Assembly: GCA_010015805.1 (NCBI GenBank) | Contig: ML978122.1 | Coordinates: 434,001-498,000 of the forward strand | Direction of reading: 5' to 3' | Length of the DNA: 64,000 nucleotides | From: Rhizodiscina lignyota | Lineage: Eukaryota | Shown here: in pieces, positions 47,737 through 61,470 of the stretch | How the letters are laid out: the number at the start of each line of letters is the position of its first letter | Numbering within the stretch: position 1 is the first letter of the stretch | Program-made: the position numbers and the translations under genes | The notes under the pieces: generated by a model | What the model was told of the DNA's origin: nothing | Databases searched by the model: none | What the model saw: the letters and a program-made list of their open reading frames with translations, nothing else

Positions 47737-49759
47737 GTGAGCTGGCACGCTTCGTGGAACCAGTGGCGATAGGCCAGATCCTTATGACCCTCTATTCTCT
47801 GACGACGGCCGCAACAGAAGACACTGTGCGACCTTGGGCTTCAATTCTGAGGCTCGACGGGCTATTATCCTACTGAAAATAGAGAATCAAGGCACGCCGA
47901 CGTGTGTTGTGCATGGTGAGCGCTTGTCATGGGTCTATTGGCCGATCTTGTGGAACACTGCACGTCTTCGCCGTACCTACCTGATTCAGTGCTCTGATGA
48001 TGGAAGCCATGCAGCATGCACCTAACGCTGTACCCCTTCGTGCCCCTTCGCCTCGTCCTCATCGCATACGCCCACATACACATGCAGTTGTTGGTTTACT
48101 ATCCTTCGCGCGCTGCATATTTCATTTTTCTCCCCGCCCCGGTTTTCCACTGTGGGCGTGATGCGATTGGGCAGCGCTTCCAGAACGGGCGAATTGCATC
48201 GAGCAAAATGCACAGAAAGAGCTGGAAGCTCACCGCGAGTGCGCTGTCCTCTGCACTTCTGGAGTTGATTGCGACATCCAACAGCACCGGTGAAGATCAT
48301 AAGCAGCATAGTTGGGAACTGCATGCACGGTAAATGCAATCGACATGCCGTATCGTAGCACACGCCGCAATGCAGGAGCTTCTCGGAACGAGCGAGCTTG
48401 CACCAGAGCTCACACACCCAGCCTTGCGACGATGTCCTGCGGCGGTGCAGGAAAGTGCAATTGGTATACGAGGTCTCAGTTGGTGTAAGCGCGTTCACGA
48501 TGGTCAAAGGCTGGTGTCAGAGCGGGCAGCATCGGCGGGCAGAAGCAAATCTGGGCCATGGTACGACAGGCGCATGTACAAGGCCGACCCGGTCTCGCGG
48601 TGTGCGATCCTGGCATCGTGCCCATGTCTTCTCCGTCCAGAAAGGCTGAGGATCCTTGCTAACGAGATGCCAACAACATGCAACTATCATGGGCCGGCCC
48701 TTCCCTCCCTTCTGCGGACGCATCCCTAATCTTCCTCCAGCACCGCGTTTAATCTACCCCTCATATGTATGTATGCCCGTTCCTTCCATCGTCACGCGGA
48801 AGCATGTCCAGTTCGCAGGACGCGTGTGGCCTCGCCGACGAGGGTGCGGGAATAAATGTCGGCCCTCTCACTCCTCCTCACACTCGCTCTCGCTCAGGTA
48901 CTCGTCGCAGACTACGTCACCTGTGGCATGGCTCCATTGGATCGCTGCATACGCGATTCGTCGTCTCTGGGCTGCCAGCGAAGCGCTGCATGAGCCGGTC
49001 TTGCCCGCTCGTTGCTCTCCATGCGCGTAGCATCCTCTCGTGCCTCCCCGACACACCCTCACCAACCCTTGCCCACGACATCGCAGATTGGTGAGCGGTC
49101 TCCAATAGCATGCCAACCCAGCGGCCTTCGTTCGAGCCGTTCCGTAGCCTTACATGCATGGACAATTGATCATGTGACCAACATAACTGCCCCTCATTGG
49201 TGTCTCGGATTCTTTTTCAAGGGCAGGCCTTTTTCCCCCGACCTGGGCGCGGCAGACGGCTCATTCACGCCATCGTTCCTCCAGCCCATCTACCTCTGCA
49301 ACCCTCCACCTTGCTGCCATACTCTCCCACGCGCAAGCGTCCAACGCGCCGAACCTAATCTTTCGTCTCGTCCCGCCCGCGCCGCCGTCGTCTGACACCA
49401 CTCCTCTTTCCTTTGTCAGCCAGTTGCAAAGTGCTATCCACTTGTGCGCTGTCTGCTGGTTGGCCTGACCCTGCGGCCATGGTGCATCCCACCCAATATT
49501 TCTGTGCCGCAATCGCTCAGTTGCTCCGTCATCATCTTCTTCAACGTGGCAGCTATCTCTCTCGTCAACCTCTCTGCGTCCTTTCCGCTGCTATCTAGTC
49601 TGCTAGTCTGCAATCTCATTTAGCTTATCCGCGCATCTCGCTTCGTTGACTTCTCTTGGCTCTGCCGCACGTGGACACCCTTCAACTCCCCTTCCTACTC
49701 CGAATGAGATATCGCGGCTCTGTTCGATAGATGAGTCGTATACCCCGCTTTGTCCCGGC

Positions 49760-51569
49760 ATGGAGCCTCAGAGACATGTGGCCAATATCTTAGATTTATC
49801 AAACGAACTCCTCTGCGACATCCTCGAGCGCATCGAAGCAGACCCAGACAAGCTCGTCAGTCTCGACCGCCGAGCATATCTGTCGGTCGAATCGTTCAGT
49901 CAACCACCAAGGCAGCTACCAAACTCTCAGCAGACGATTGGCAACTTCCGGTTAGCATGTCGACGATTCTCAGAGCTGGGGGCAATGTACCAGCTCCCCC
50001 GTGTGACGACGAGATTTAGCCAAAAAGGACTGAGTAGGTTAGACCGTATCGCAGGTCAACCACATCTGGCGAGGCATGTCAAGAAGTTCTGTTACATGGT
50101 TCCTTATTTCTACGTTGAAGGTACGTTATACTCTGATCATGGCTTCTTTGGGCTTACGACACACCGATCGTTCCTATCCGCAGTCTTTCTGACACTCGTA
50201 TACAGGGCGAGAGAGAGTCCGTGAAGTGATACCAACTCTACCCACACACATCCTTGGTCCGCACTCGCTACATCACTTCATCTCCAAAGTTTCAGAACAG
50301 AAACGTATTCTTGCCACGGGATTCGATTCAGCCGTATTAGGACGAGCAATTCGAGCCTTCACTTCCCTTCAGCACGTCCAGATTCTTCGTGTCCAAGACG
50401 AAGAGGATGGTGCTCTACTACAATATATTCGACAACAACCCCATCTCACCCAGTTCGTGGAGCTTAACTGGACTCCAGCATGTTCTCACTGTACGAAAAC
50501 CGTAGGCACCGCGCTCATGGCATCAGGAAGCCCCTGTACGCAGTTTTCCAGTCCGATGCTGAGCCCCCAAAGCGCCTTTCTTCTCGCGGAAGCTCCATCT
50601 GAGGGATTCGCACCGTTAGCGGAGCGTTTAACATGTCTAACGGTACACTTCGATGACCCCTACGACCTCGACGTCAAGATGCGCGAACTTAGCGGCCTCT
50701 TCAAAACAGTCTTTGAAGCAGCTCGCAATATGCAAGCAGTTCACGTTGGTTTCCCATCTCACAGGCCGTTGACGCTCCGACTCGAACAAATATTCCATAA
50801 TGTACGGTGGGAGAAGCTCCTCGCCTTCGGAATCCAAGCGTGGAAGCTTGACGCACAGGAGATTATCGAACTCGCAAGTCGTCACCGAGATCGATTGAAA
50901 GGCCTCAGGCTTCGAGATGTACTGCTCAAAGAAGGCAGCAAGTGGAAGGACGTTCTGGGCTGGCTGAGGGATAATATGCCCCGACTTGACTGGGTCAGTC
51001 TACGACGTATCGGATATGCGAAGCACTTTGACGAGCAGTGGGCTGTGGCGGGTGTAGAGGTGCCAGACGATCCCCCCGGTGGAGCGAGCGATAGTGACAG
51101 CGATGACGACGATATCGATTTGCTTGATGTTACAGACGATAACGACACCGACACACCCACACCCAATGGTGCTGGTCCCATCAATGGACTGAACGGAATA
51201 GGGATATTCCCAGGACCGAACGGCTTCAATGGCTTCTTCAACGGCCTCAACGGCCTCCCAAACCTCCCTGGCGTCGAAGAAGACGAGGAAACCTCCAGCT
51301 CCGACGACTTTGACAGGCACTCCAACTCGGAAGCTTCCGAGGACTCAAATCTCGGCCCCCCAGCGTACGACATTGACTTCCCACCCATGTCACCGGACAC
51401 ACCGAGCACCGTACCGTGGTGCAACTGCAACTTGAACGGCGACGGGAGGAGAGTCTATCCGGACACGGCCGAGGACTTGGGCGACAATGGGACGTTTGTC
51501 ACCAATCAGCAAAGGAAGCAGTGGGAGAACTGGGTCGTACGGAGATGTCCTGAGCACTCGTCGAAGTAG
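49760..51569 (+). CDS. F-box-like / RNI-repeat-like fungal protein with acidic tail, 2 exons
   Basis: ILDLSNELLCDILERI and FRLACRRFSELG (F-box-like); intron 50121-50205 joins in frame to LRR-like LTCLTVHF, LKGLRLRDVLL. Confidence 0.78.
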
Positions 51570-52664
51570 GAAGGCGGGCATCGCGGATCACGACAGCGGA
51601 AAAGGACTCATCGTACGAGGAGTGGCTATCGAAGGCCTATGCTCCGCCAAACAAGTCCTGAGATCTTCGAATGTCTCAGAGCCGTGGGATGCGCCCTCCG
51701 TCAAGCCGCTATTGGCATATTCCGGTACCGGTCAGCATCAATGTCGTTGGTTATGTTTGTGACAGACCACGGACGAGACCGGATTCATCAGCTATCTCTC
51801 GCTTAGACCTCCTCACTTCTCACGAACAAATTCGCGCAAGCATCACCGACTTTCTGCAACATCGATCAAACTCAGCATTTCTTTGGCGCACAGTCTGATG
51901 TGACTTGTCGGCTTTTCCACCTACTCTACACGGACCCGCTCCATCGACTATTGATTTTTTGGCGATCGTCACGTGCTTTTTGTACCAATCTCTCACCATT
52001 CTTCCCGAATTAGATACAGGAGCAAGTCTTGTATGGTATTTAAGTGTCATGGGCGGCTTTAGTGGAGGTTATTGTCAGACGTCATAACATATAACGAATA
52101 CACGCGGTATCTAGCTTGAAACAACCAAAAGAATGCTCAGATGATATAATTTTATTCGCCAGGCGTCGTCTCCACAATGCCTAGCCCTAGAAGGCCTGCA
52201 GAGCAAAAATGATTTCCATCGGCTATCTCACTGAATGCATCTCTGCTCCGTATTCGAGTGAGAATGCAACTCTATTCGTCTCCCAGGCCCGATAAACCGT
52301 TGAGCGGCACAGCGCGTAGTGCAATATGCACATCCCATGCCTTTCTCATGCACGACATCAACTGCCATCACACCGCCCCACCAAATAGACGCGCCACAAC
52401 CATCCATGGGTCTCTTAGCTTGCAAACTGTATTTTCCGGTTTCAAACTAGCATTTGCTACAAAGAACCGGCTGTCTAACGACTGTGCTCTGCAGTCAGAC
52501 TGTGTGAACTCCGCATCTCAGGCACGGCCGTTTAAACCCAGAAGCATCACCCTGTCACGCCACCAACATTTCCCCTTGCCGTCGGCAAATTCCTTCCCTT
52601 GTCTGTCCCTATCCTTTATCTCACCTACAGCTTGTGCTTCTTCTCCACAATCTCAATCCCAGCC

Positions 52665-55600
52665 CTACTCATATCTCGGATCGTCGTCATTCGCCGCGGC
52701 CGGTGTGCCCGCAGCCCACGCACCAGGTGTCTCCGCATATCCAGCACCGGGTGTCGGCGCGCCGTAGCGTGCACCAGGAGTCGGTGCGTCCATCGCGCCT
52801 GGCGTCGGAGCCGACAAGCCGCCCCTGCCACCACCGTATGCCGCGGGCGTGGGGTGGTCTGCCGCGGCACCAGGGGTCGGGGCAGCATACACGCCTGGAG
52901 TAGGGGCGTCGAAGCCGCCGGGGGTGGCGCCAGCGTGGCTGTTGTTTTGCCACGAGGGGCCCCCAGGGGTGGGAGCGTTAAGAGCGCCGGGGGTTGGAGC
53001 GGCGTTGTAGGGATTAGGAGTTCGCGAGGACGATGACGAGTGAAAAGGCGTGCGAGAGCCAGTGGCCCATGGATCGCCTCCGGAGGAGGATGAGAAGCCA
53101 TGGTTGCCTGCGGCGGGGGTCTTGGAGGAGGCGCTCCATGTTGACTGTGGACGACGCTATGTTAACGTAACTCGAGTTAAAATGAAGAGGGGAAGAATGG
53201 ACTTACTCCGCCATATGCAGTGGCGCCTCCGTAAGATGTACGGCTACCGTCATTAGGCCTGTGCGCGACGGTCCGACTTCCATCGGCCCAGCCAGGCGTT
53301 CTGCCACCATCGTTCCCTCTGTGCCAACCTGGAGTCTTCGAGCCACCCTCATCCCGCTCCCAACCTGCAGGTTTCCTGTCCTGTTGCATACTCCAAGCTG
53401 GAGTAGCGTTGCCTCTTGCTGCCATCGGCGTTCGGCCGCCCTGCCAGCCAGCCCCGTTTGGAACGCGGCTAGAAGGTGTGGCACCACCCCAAGGAGACTG
53501 TGGCGGACCCATGCCTCCAGGCCGTCTCGACCCACTAGCAAACTTGCTGTAATCGATAGTGTTGCCAGTGATCGGATCCTTGACAACCAAGGATTCTTTC
53601 GGTATCGCAATCGTCTTGTTCTTCGAGTGGAGCTCGACACGGGCCTCCGAGTCCGTCGCATCTTTCACGATGCCAATCAGGCCTTTGTAGACACCTTTCC
53701 GGATCATGACTGTCTTGCCAATCATCTTGTCCCTGCCCATTGTCTTCGGTGGGCCCATTGGTCCACCATTAGGTCCACCAGGACGCTGCAGTGACGGATT
53801 CATCTTGCTCAGGTCCGGGCCAGCGCTTGTGACCGCACCACCCTTTGCAGCAACCGTTGTGACGGCGTTGCTACGGGCAGCAAAGACGCCGGAATTTTCC
53901 ATACGATTTCTGTCTTGGACGAAGACCCAGCTGCGATGGATGTGAATAACACGGCCTTGTCGGTTCTCGCCGCTGACTTCCTTGACAACATCCTCGAAGC
54001 GGATCTCCGAGCCTTCGTGATCGGTTGCAACTGCGTTCCGGCGACGCTCGATCTTGTGGGATATATTCGAAGGGAGGAGAGTGCGGACCGAGTTCTCCTG
54101 GTCAAGAATGCGTATCGCGTCGCGGTCGACTTTGATCACAACGGCAACGTGCGCGGCACTGTATAAAGTTAGAAATAATAAATAACATCAAGCGCGGAAC
54201 TTACTCCAGTTGAACCAAATCAAAAAGGTCGTACTTGGAGATGCCTTGCTGCATCCCAGATGAGTCTGCCGCTTCGCGCAGATCTTTGCTGAAGACCTCG
54301 ACTTCCTTCTCGGTCGCATCGGTGATCATGGTGACTCTGTCCGCTGTAACCTTCACCACCATACCGACTTCGTCACGGTACTTGCTTGCTCCAATGACTT
54401 TGACGTGATCACCCTCCTTGAACATTTTCCTCAAGCCCTTTACCGAGGAATCGACAGTCTGTCCCCGGAGCGGGCCATCCATGACCTTGATGGAAACAAT
54501 GTCTCCCGTAACTGCAACAGCCTTGCCCCAAACTCCTCGCTGTTCGCCTTGGTAGATTTCGACAGTGTCACCAGGAATGTAGTCTGCACCTGAGGCGTTC
54601 TGTTTCATCGTCTGGGCAAGAGCGCCGAGATCCAAGTTATCTCCAGCTTCATCAGAGGCAACGAATTTGCTGACTTCTTCCAAGGTTGGGTTGACATTTT
54701 CTGTTTGGAGCGCGGGGAGCTTGTAATACTCGTGCAAAAAGCCATCGATATATTCCTTGCCTCGGAAGTTGAAGTGATTACGCTTGAGATTGCCCTGTGG
54801 CTGCAAGTATTTGGCCATCTTCTTGCGGGCTTCGGCCTCGCTGAATAGTCGAGCTGGTGGTCGGTTGCCAGTCAGGCCTCCTGGGCGCTTGCGTTTACCG
54901 TCCGTCGCTGGTGCATTGAGATCCTCTGAGACACCGTAGTCGACACGCGGAACAAGTCGCACTTCGACCTCTGAGCCGTTGTTCACGACCTCGTACACTT
55001 GTGCTAAATCTCCCGTATACAGACCACGCTTGATCCGCACATACATGCCCTCGGTAAGCTGCTTGTCCTTTTGCGTTCGAAGCAAGTCGGGCATCTCGGA
55101 AACGGGAATGAGCGTAATTTTGCTTCGAGGGTAGAGATTCTGGACGTCTTCTGTGGCCCTTTCAACTGCCATTTGATTCCAAGCTTCCACATAAATGTAT
55201 CCAGACGTTGTGCCCTCGCGAGTAAATGCGGAGGTGACACCCAATGGTTTTCCTGCTCGCTTCGCGTCATCCAGTTTCTTCATCAACGTGAGTACAATTT
55301 CCCTCTCCTTTCCTTGCTTGCAGCGGACCACCCAAATCTTTGGGTCCTTGTCAGCTTCAGGCAAGAATGTCTGCCACGGCTGTAGTGAGACATCAGCAGC
55401 GGCACGTCTCTGTCTGCCATATCTCTCACGAAGAGCTTCAGCTTGTTTTTCTGCATCCATGCTCGCCGCAAGCTCGCGCTGGCGATCGAGTTCCCTATGT
55501 CGTCGATCATCGGTCTCGGCGCCGGCTGGTAGGTCTGCAAGGTCGTCTGGATGTGCTTCGTCGCCGGCAAGGTCATCTTCATCTCCTTCTTCCTCTTCCT

Positions 55601-56102
55601 CCTCCTCGTCGTCAACTTCGGCCTCGGCATCGATGAATTGCATTCGTCGGTCTCGCCTTCTCCGCTTTCGAGGTCGACCCTACAAATTTGAGTTAGAGTG
55701 GCAGATTGGAGTCACCTTAGAGCGCAAACTTACTGAGACTTCTTCTTCCTCGTCGTCCTCGTCCTCGTCCTCGTCCTCATCATCGTCATCCTCTGCGCCG
55801 CCTTGCTCATCATCATCCTCGCCTTCGCCTTCAGCGTCTTCATCGTCATTCACATCATCCTCAGCATCTCCGCCAGCACCGGCTTTCGCTTTTGGTTCCC
55901 CGTCCTCAGCGTCATCATCCTCATCGTCTTCGGCCTCTCGCGATTTTCGAGCCGCGCCATTTGAGACGCGCGAAGGTTTGCCAGACTGTCCGTCATCGGA
56001 CCGATTTGCACCCTTTTCATCACCAGAGTCGACCTCGGGGGCGGGGTTGAATTCATCGTCAGATTCCTCGTCGTCAAAGTCGTGATTGAGGAGGTTCGAC
56101 AT
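52665..56102 (-). CDS. SPT5: Transcription elongation factor Spt5, 4 exons
   Basis: Acidic N-terminus, [12 protein letters not shown] domain (DPKIW.V.CK.GKERE, GYIYVEA), KOW repeats ([30 protein letters not shown]), C-terminal TPAW/TPGW/APTPG repeats; introns 55733-55680, 54204-54159, 53206-53145. Confidence 0.96.
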
Positions 56103-56545
56103 TGTGGCGTGTGCGCAATGGCTCAGAGGTGGTTGAAAGAAGGCAAGTGGAGGTGAATGGTTAAAAAGTATTCGTAGCTCTGAGGAAGCGCCAAAGCTGG
56201 TGGTGTATTAGGGGAGTGTTGATTGTGGTGAATAGACCTATTCACGAAACAAAGAACAGCCCTGAAATGCCGCCAGCGCCAAGACTCAAAACAACTCTAG
56301 CCGTATTAGGAATAGCGCACAATAACCTTGCATCGCAAACCTCCAATTGCGACTGGCGAATGATTCTCTAATATATTTCCAAGCTACGAGGAATACAGAG
56401 CTGAGACTATCCTGATTCAGGACCTGTAATTTCAGAATATGAAGATGCGGCTGTCCGATTGCCTACATAAAGGAAAATTGGAACTGCGTTTCTACCTAAT
56501 GATCACAAAGCCTCACACTCATCCCATTTCACTTGCTCTCCTTCT

Positions 56546-59066
56546 CTAATCAAACCTCACGCGTTTCTTACGGCCCGGCGCCTCCTTTGTAGGTTCTTCA
56601 GCCGTCTCCTCATTCTTTCTCTTCTTACCGCGGCGGCTGCCGACTCTTTCCGCGATGGATGCTCCCTCTGGCGATTCCACCCTGCTCCCAGTGTCTTTGG
56701 GAGGATGAGGAGGCTTGGGAAGCTTTGTCTTCTTGGAAAGCTGCACCTTAACAGTCTTAGGCTCGTCATTTCCAACCTCATCATCCTCACCCAGATCGAA
56801 GTCTTCTGCCCACTCAATCAGCTGATCCTCCGGCGGTATCAACGTCCGCAGATCGCTGTAGTCGTATTCGGGCATATCGAAGAGGTATGGCTTATCGGAA
56901 TCGTTGAAACGAAATCCATACTTCTCGTCCTCGGTGAAGTTTGGCGCTGGTGGCAATGGGAGTTTGCAAACATGCAATTTCTTCAGCGTTTCATCTTTCA
57001 GACGATCCTCCACGCGCATCCGCACCCTGAACTTTTCGCGTGGCTCTCTTTGCTCTGCCGTTTCATTCTCCAGAAATTGCCTGATTTCTTCCTCGAGGTC
57101 ATCGCCGTCCGCCAGGCTGTCGTCATCGTCTGACTCTTCGAAGTCTACCTGTATGGAGTCGGAATCACCGGCATTGCCCGACTGTGCCTTTGCATTCGCC
57201 TTTGTCTTCGCCTTCTTAGAAGAGAGCAGCCCAGAGATTGTCGACAACCCCTTTCCGATCACTGATTTGTCCCATTTCATCATATCGTCTATTCACTCGT
57301 CAGTCAACCACGTGGCAGCTTAAAGCATCAACAAGCACATACCAACTTTCTTGTCAATATCCGGTTTGTGTGACCAATAACTCTGCATCGTTGGATGTTC
57401 CGCGAATGGGAAGTACGGCGGATGATCGCGGTACCATATCTCTCCCGTCGGTGCGCAACGTTCTCTGAACTTCTGCTCTCGAGTCTTGAGCTTTTCTGGA
57501 TTGATTTGTCGTACCTCTGGCACCTCATAATCCTCGGGCACATCTCCAGGAGGGCCCGCGCCGCCGCGTAGATACGGCTGGTGGCCACAAAATAGGCTGT
57601 CATCACTTTCGGATTCGAAGTCATACTCAGAGGCCTCTTCGTCTTCCGCATCTTTAAGAGCACGGGCTTCCTCGACCAGCTCAGACCAGTGCACGCTCAG
57701 ATCCTCGATGAGTTCAGGTTTGGGCCAGTCTGTACTATCTTCCAAGAGCATCTTCTTCCGCATGGCAGCTGGGAACTCTTCGGTCAAGTTATACCCATAC
57801 ACTGACCACTGGTTTTGCCGCCTGTCCCAGTCGGTTTGCAGATCGATGATCTTGTCATTGTCGACGAGCACATCTATGACAAGCCCAAGTGACCGCTGTA
57901 ATGCGACCCACCGCTTGAAGCCGTTTATCATGGCAATCTCCAGCTTCGACTTCTGGCCAGGTGTGTAGTGCAGTGCATGGCTTTGCATTGTGTACAAGAA
58001 CGAACGGTCCATGCTACCCATCCTTGCGTCTTCATAGGTGAGTTTGAGACCCGTTGCATCCATGAAGCTGCAGCTCTTAAGGTGGGTAAAGAGATACTCA
58101 TGTACGGTTTTATGAAGACCGTTTGCTTCCTTCGAGAGCAGCTTTGTATCGCAGTCTAGCATCGACGGCAGCGGTTCAGCCGGATCCAAGGCCCTGAAGG
58201 GATATTTGTTTGGGATTTTGTTTTTAGAATTCTGCAAATTCTGCATCTCTTCCCATCTCCGGATGTAGTCATTCAGGATATCAATTGATACATCGGCTCG
58301 CTTCACCCTCAAGGAATTCCAGAACGGCTCGTGGATTTTGAATTTAGCTTTGGTCCCATGTCTTTCGCCAATTCCTGCTGGCACAAGGAAGCTCGTGAGT
58401 AACTTTCCCGCCGGCGTGCGCACACTGCCTGCGTCTTGAGTCACATATGCCGGCATGATATCGAGAATGCCGGCATTGATGACTATGCTGGACAGCAGTC
58501 TGTTGAGGAGCAAGAATTGCTCAACCATCGAAAACAGCTCGGCGTCGCCGCGTGTCCATACCATCCTCTTAATGCTTCCGAAAGACGTTGCTGGGAAGAA
58601 CGGCTTCGGGACCGATGCGCTCACTTTAGACCACTTGGCGGGGTCACGGAAGTATGCAAGACACTCCAGGAGATGCTTCTCGAGCCATGCCTCTTTCCCT
58701 ATTTGCAGTCTTTTATCTGTCGTTCCCCCTGGGCTCCCCTCCGAGAAGTACTCGGTGAGTGCCCGGACGCGTTCGTCCCTGAGTGGATCGTATTCAACAT
58801 TGTCGGAATAGAGATAGTTCAACGCTTCGCGTACGAGCTGTGCGCGAATCCTAAAAAGCCGCGGGGTTGTCTGTAGTGGTGCTGTAGGCGACTGAGAAGG
58901 CCTTTGAAGCGGACGTTGATATGATAAGAATGTCGCAACTCTGTGAATTCCCACGCCCTCGTTCCCGCTTTGGCCTGTGGAACGCGGCACGCTCCTTGCG
59001 CTGCGATACATTAGCTTATGTTTCTATACCTAAGATCTAGCCTAGGCGAGCTTACCTTCTTGCCAT
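56546..59066 (-). CDS. Hypothetical protein with acidic patches and basic NLS-like C-terminus, 3 exons
   Basis: ATG 59066; introns 59055-59001 (GTAAGC..GCTAAT..CAG) and 57342-57289 (GTATGT..CTGAC..TAG) join the two long ORFs in frame. No domain recognised. Confidence 0.75.
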
Positions 59067-59510
59067 GATTGTATCTTAGCAGCGACTGGATTTGCAACAG
59101 GAGTTCAATGAATGGGCAGAATAATCGAGAGAAAGCGCCAGTCCTATTTGTGCCGATTTGAAATGGTCTCAGTGAACAAAGACATGACGGTTGCATTCCT
59201 GTTTGCGAATTATCCGTATGCGGAAACTTGCGCACAACGGCTTTGTTGGCCTTGTTTGATGATGGAGCAGCACCAATTGCAGGTTGCGTCCCTTTCATTT
59301 GACTTGCAAGAATGGAAGCAAGAATCCAAAATCGTGAGCGAGAAGGACTTCGAAATATGGAATGCTTTTCAGCTTAAACTAACGCAAAACTTATGCAAGA
59401 TGGGCCTGCTAGTGCCCCTAATGGTATTGGAGTCTCCAAGTATCAACATAATGAAAACATATGAACGCCAAGACTATGCATATAAACATCGAATTACATA
59501 TATAAATATA

Positions 59511-61470
59511 TCAAGGCCGCAGATTTTGATTCCTAGGTGGCGGTGAAGGTGCGCCTCCAGGCCCCAGCGGGCTAGGCGCACCTCTTATGTTGGGTAAACC
59601 GTCACCAGGCTGCGGACTCGGCGTCGGCATGGGTGTGACTGCCGGTGTGGATTTGGGTGTGTGAATCGGCGTCTCCATCTCCTGTGCGTTTGACTGCCCC
59701 GTGTCCATCTCAAACACGTCCTGATGCAGTCTCGACGGCCCGCCCGCCGGCCCGTACTTGGGATCGAAGCCCTCCATTTCGGCATGCACAGCACCGCTTG
59801 TGGGCGCTTCAAAGACGGAAGACGCGTTGCCTTCGACTTCGGCAAATGGTGGTTTGGGCTTGTGCATACCATCCATGGCCGCCGCCGCTGCGAGCGCCGG
59901 AGGCATCTGGTTTGGATTCGCGTCCATCTCGCTGCGCAGGCCGTATGGGTCTGCTGTCGTGGCGGCAGGATCCGAAGGCGGTTGCGTCTTTTCGGCCGAA
60001 GGCATTGGCTGCCGGCGCTTCTTACGCCAGATAAAGAAGGCTGCCAAACCAACGATTGCGATCGCTGCAATTGCTCCAATGACAATTCCCGCAATTGCAC
60101 CACCGCCTAGGCTGCTACTACTATCCCCACTGCCGTTAGTGGGGCCAGCAGTTTGCGTGAGTTTAGCGAGGATGGGAACAAGCTGTTCTTGTGCGCCTTG
60201 CTCAGGGAATAGAGCAGCATTAACGGAGAAGTTGCCACTCTCATAGTCAGCGACTACGTATGCGGCCTGGAGAAACGTGCGGCCAAGAGTATATTGGGTT
60301 GCGTTATCAGAAGCGCGACGAAGAGGAAAGTAATGTGTTGAGTTCGGTGTAAGAGGAATATCCGCTGCTAGGTCAAAAGCCCAGTAAGGGAGAGTGATTG
60401 TGAAAGTTTTGTCGCTTTGGTTTCCAGTATTTATGTCATTACCGGGGCCAATTGTGAATGTTACACTGTTGTTTTGGCCCAGGAGCTGCTCGCGCAGAGC
60501 TTTCGAGACCAGGTACATTTGAGTATCATTGTCGTAAGTGAGAGAGAAGGCCTTCTCGAAGACCGTGCATGCCTCGTCCGGTAACCACAAGTCCGGCACC
60601 AGTGAGTCGATGAAGTAAAACTGGTTCTGCGAATACCGAAACCCATTACTCGTCTGTATCTGTGGGATTGGGATGAGGAGGTCGCGAGATATATCTCCTC
60701 CAAAGCCAAAGGTAACGCCACTAGGCTCGAATCGTGAGGCGTCGTAGCCGCCCAAAGTCAAACTACCCAGGACCTGCGGCGAGCGAGCATTTCCTCCGGC
60801 AGTGTATCCCCAAGACAGACTGCCAATATCTTGATTCTTTTTCAAGCTTGTTAACAGTCCGTCTTGTGGATCATTCTGCGATGTGAAATTGACTGGCCAT
60901 GGCTCGAGCGGCAATGTCCCGAGCCAGAATTGCTGCAGTGCGATCCCTCCCACAACCTGGTGTTGCAAAGTCGGCAGCCCCGAGCCTTGATCGCCGAGTG
61001 TCACAGTCTCAAATCCATAGAGGGCATTCCCATAGTACCCTAGCCCTTCTTCAGTGAAGAGGTTGAGCACGTAAAGCCCGATCTGATCCCACGACGTCGA
61101 CTCGTTGCTGAGAAATAGTCCCCCTCTGTTCTGATCGCACTTCGGCCCGTATTCTGATATGCAACCTGCCGGCACTACGACCCATATCGACGTTCCCCCA
61201 GTCGCAGGTAATAATCGCACGTTTTGGGGAGGAGTTCCAACTTGTGCCCAGAATGTCGACCAGGCACCTCCGCCGCTTGCGCCTTCCCTACAGGTCCGTC
61301 CGTTAGTTCGAGGTCGGGCCAGTAATATACTCAAGAGAGACTCACCAGTACTGGGAAGGCGGGACGCTTATCACCTTCGAAGCATTCGCATTCTGCGAAT
61401 AAACGCGCCGCACGAGAAGTGCGACGAGAATCGAAAGGATTGCGGCGAAGGGAGCCCTGCGACACGCCAT
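59511..61470 (-). CDS. Pepsin-fold (peptidase A1) type I membrane protein, probably non-catalytic, 2 exons
   Basis: Signal peptide, intron 61345-61288; VGTPPQ..RLLPATG, LTLGGYDASRF, FIDSL, LGRTFLQAAYVVADYE, TM GGAIAGIVIGAIAAIAIVGLAAFFIW followed by RKKRR. Confidence 0.88.

Noticed and set aside
47800..49700. Frequent GCATG/CATGC words upstream of the F-box-like gene
   Set aside because: Also common in other intergenic regions here; enrichment cannot be shown by eye.
52665..53450. Repeats at the 3' end of SPT5 as a novel array
   Set aside because: These are the known Spt5 C-terminal TP-containing repeats.
55195..56085. 296 aa Ser-rich + strand ORF
   Set aside because: Antisense shadow of the Spt5 acidic region.
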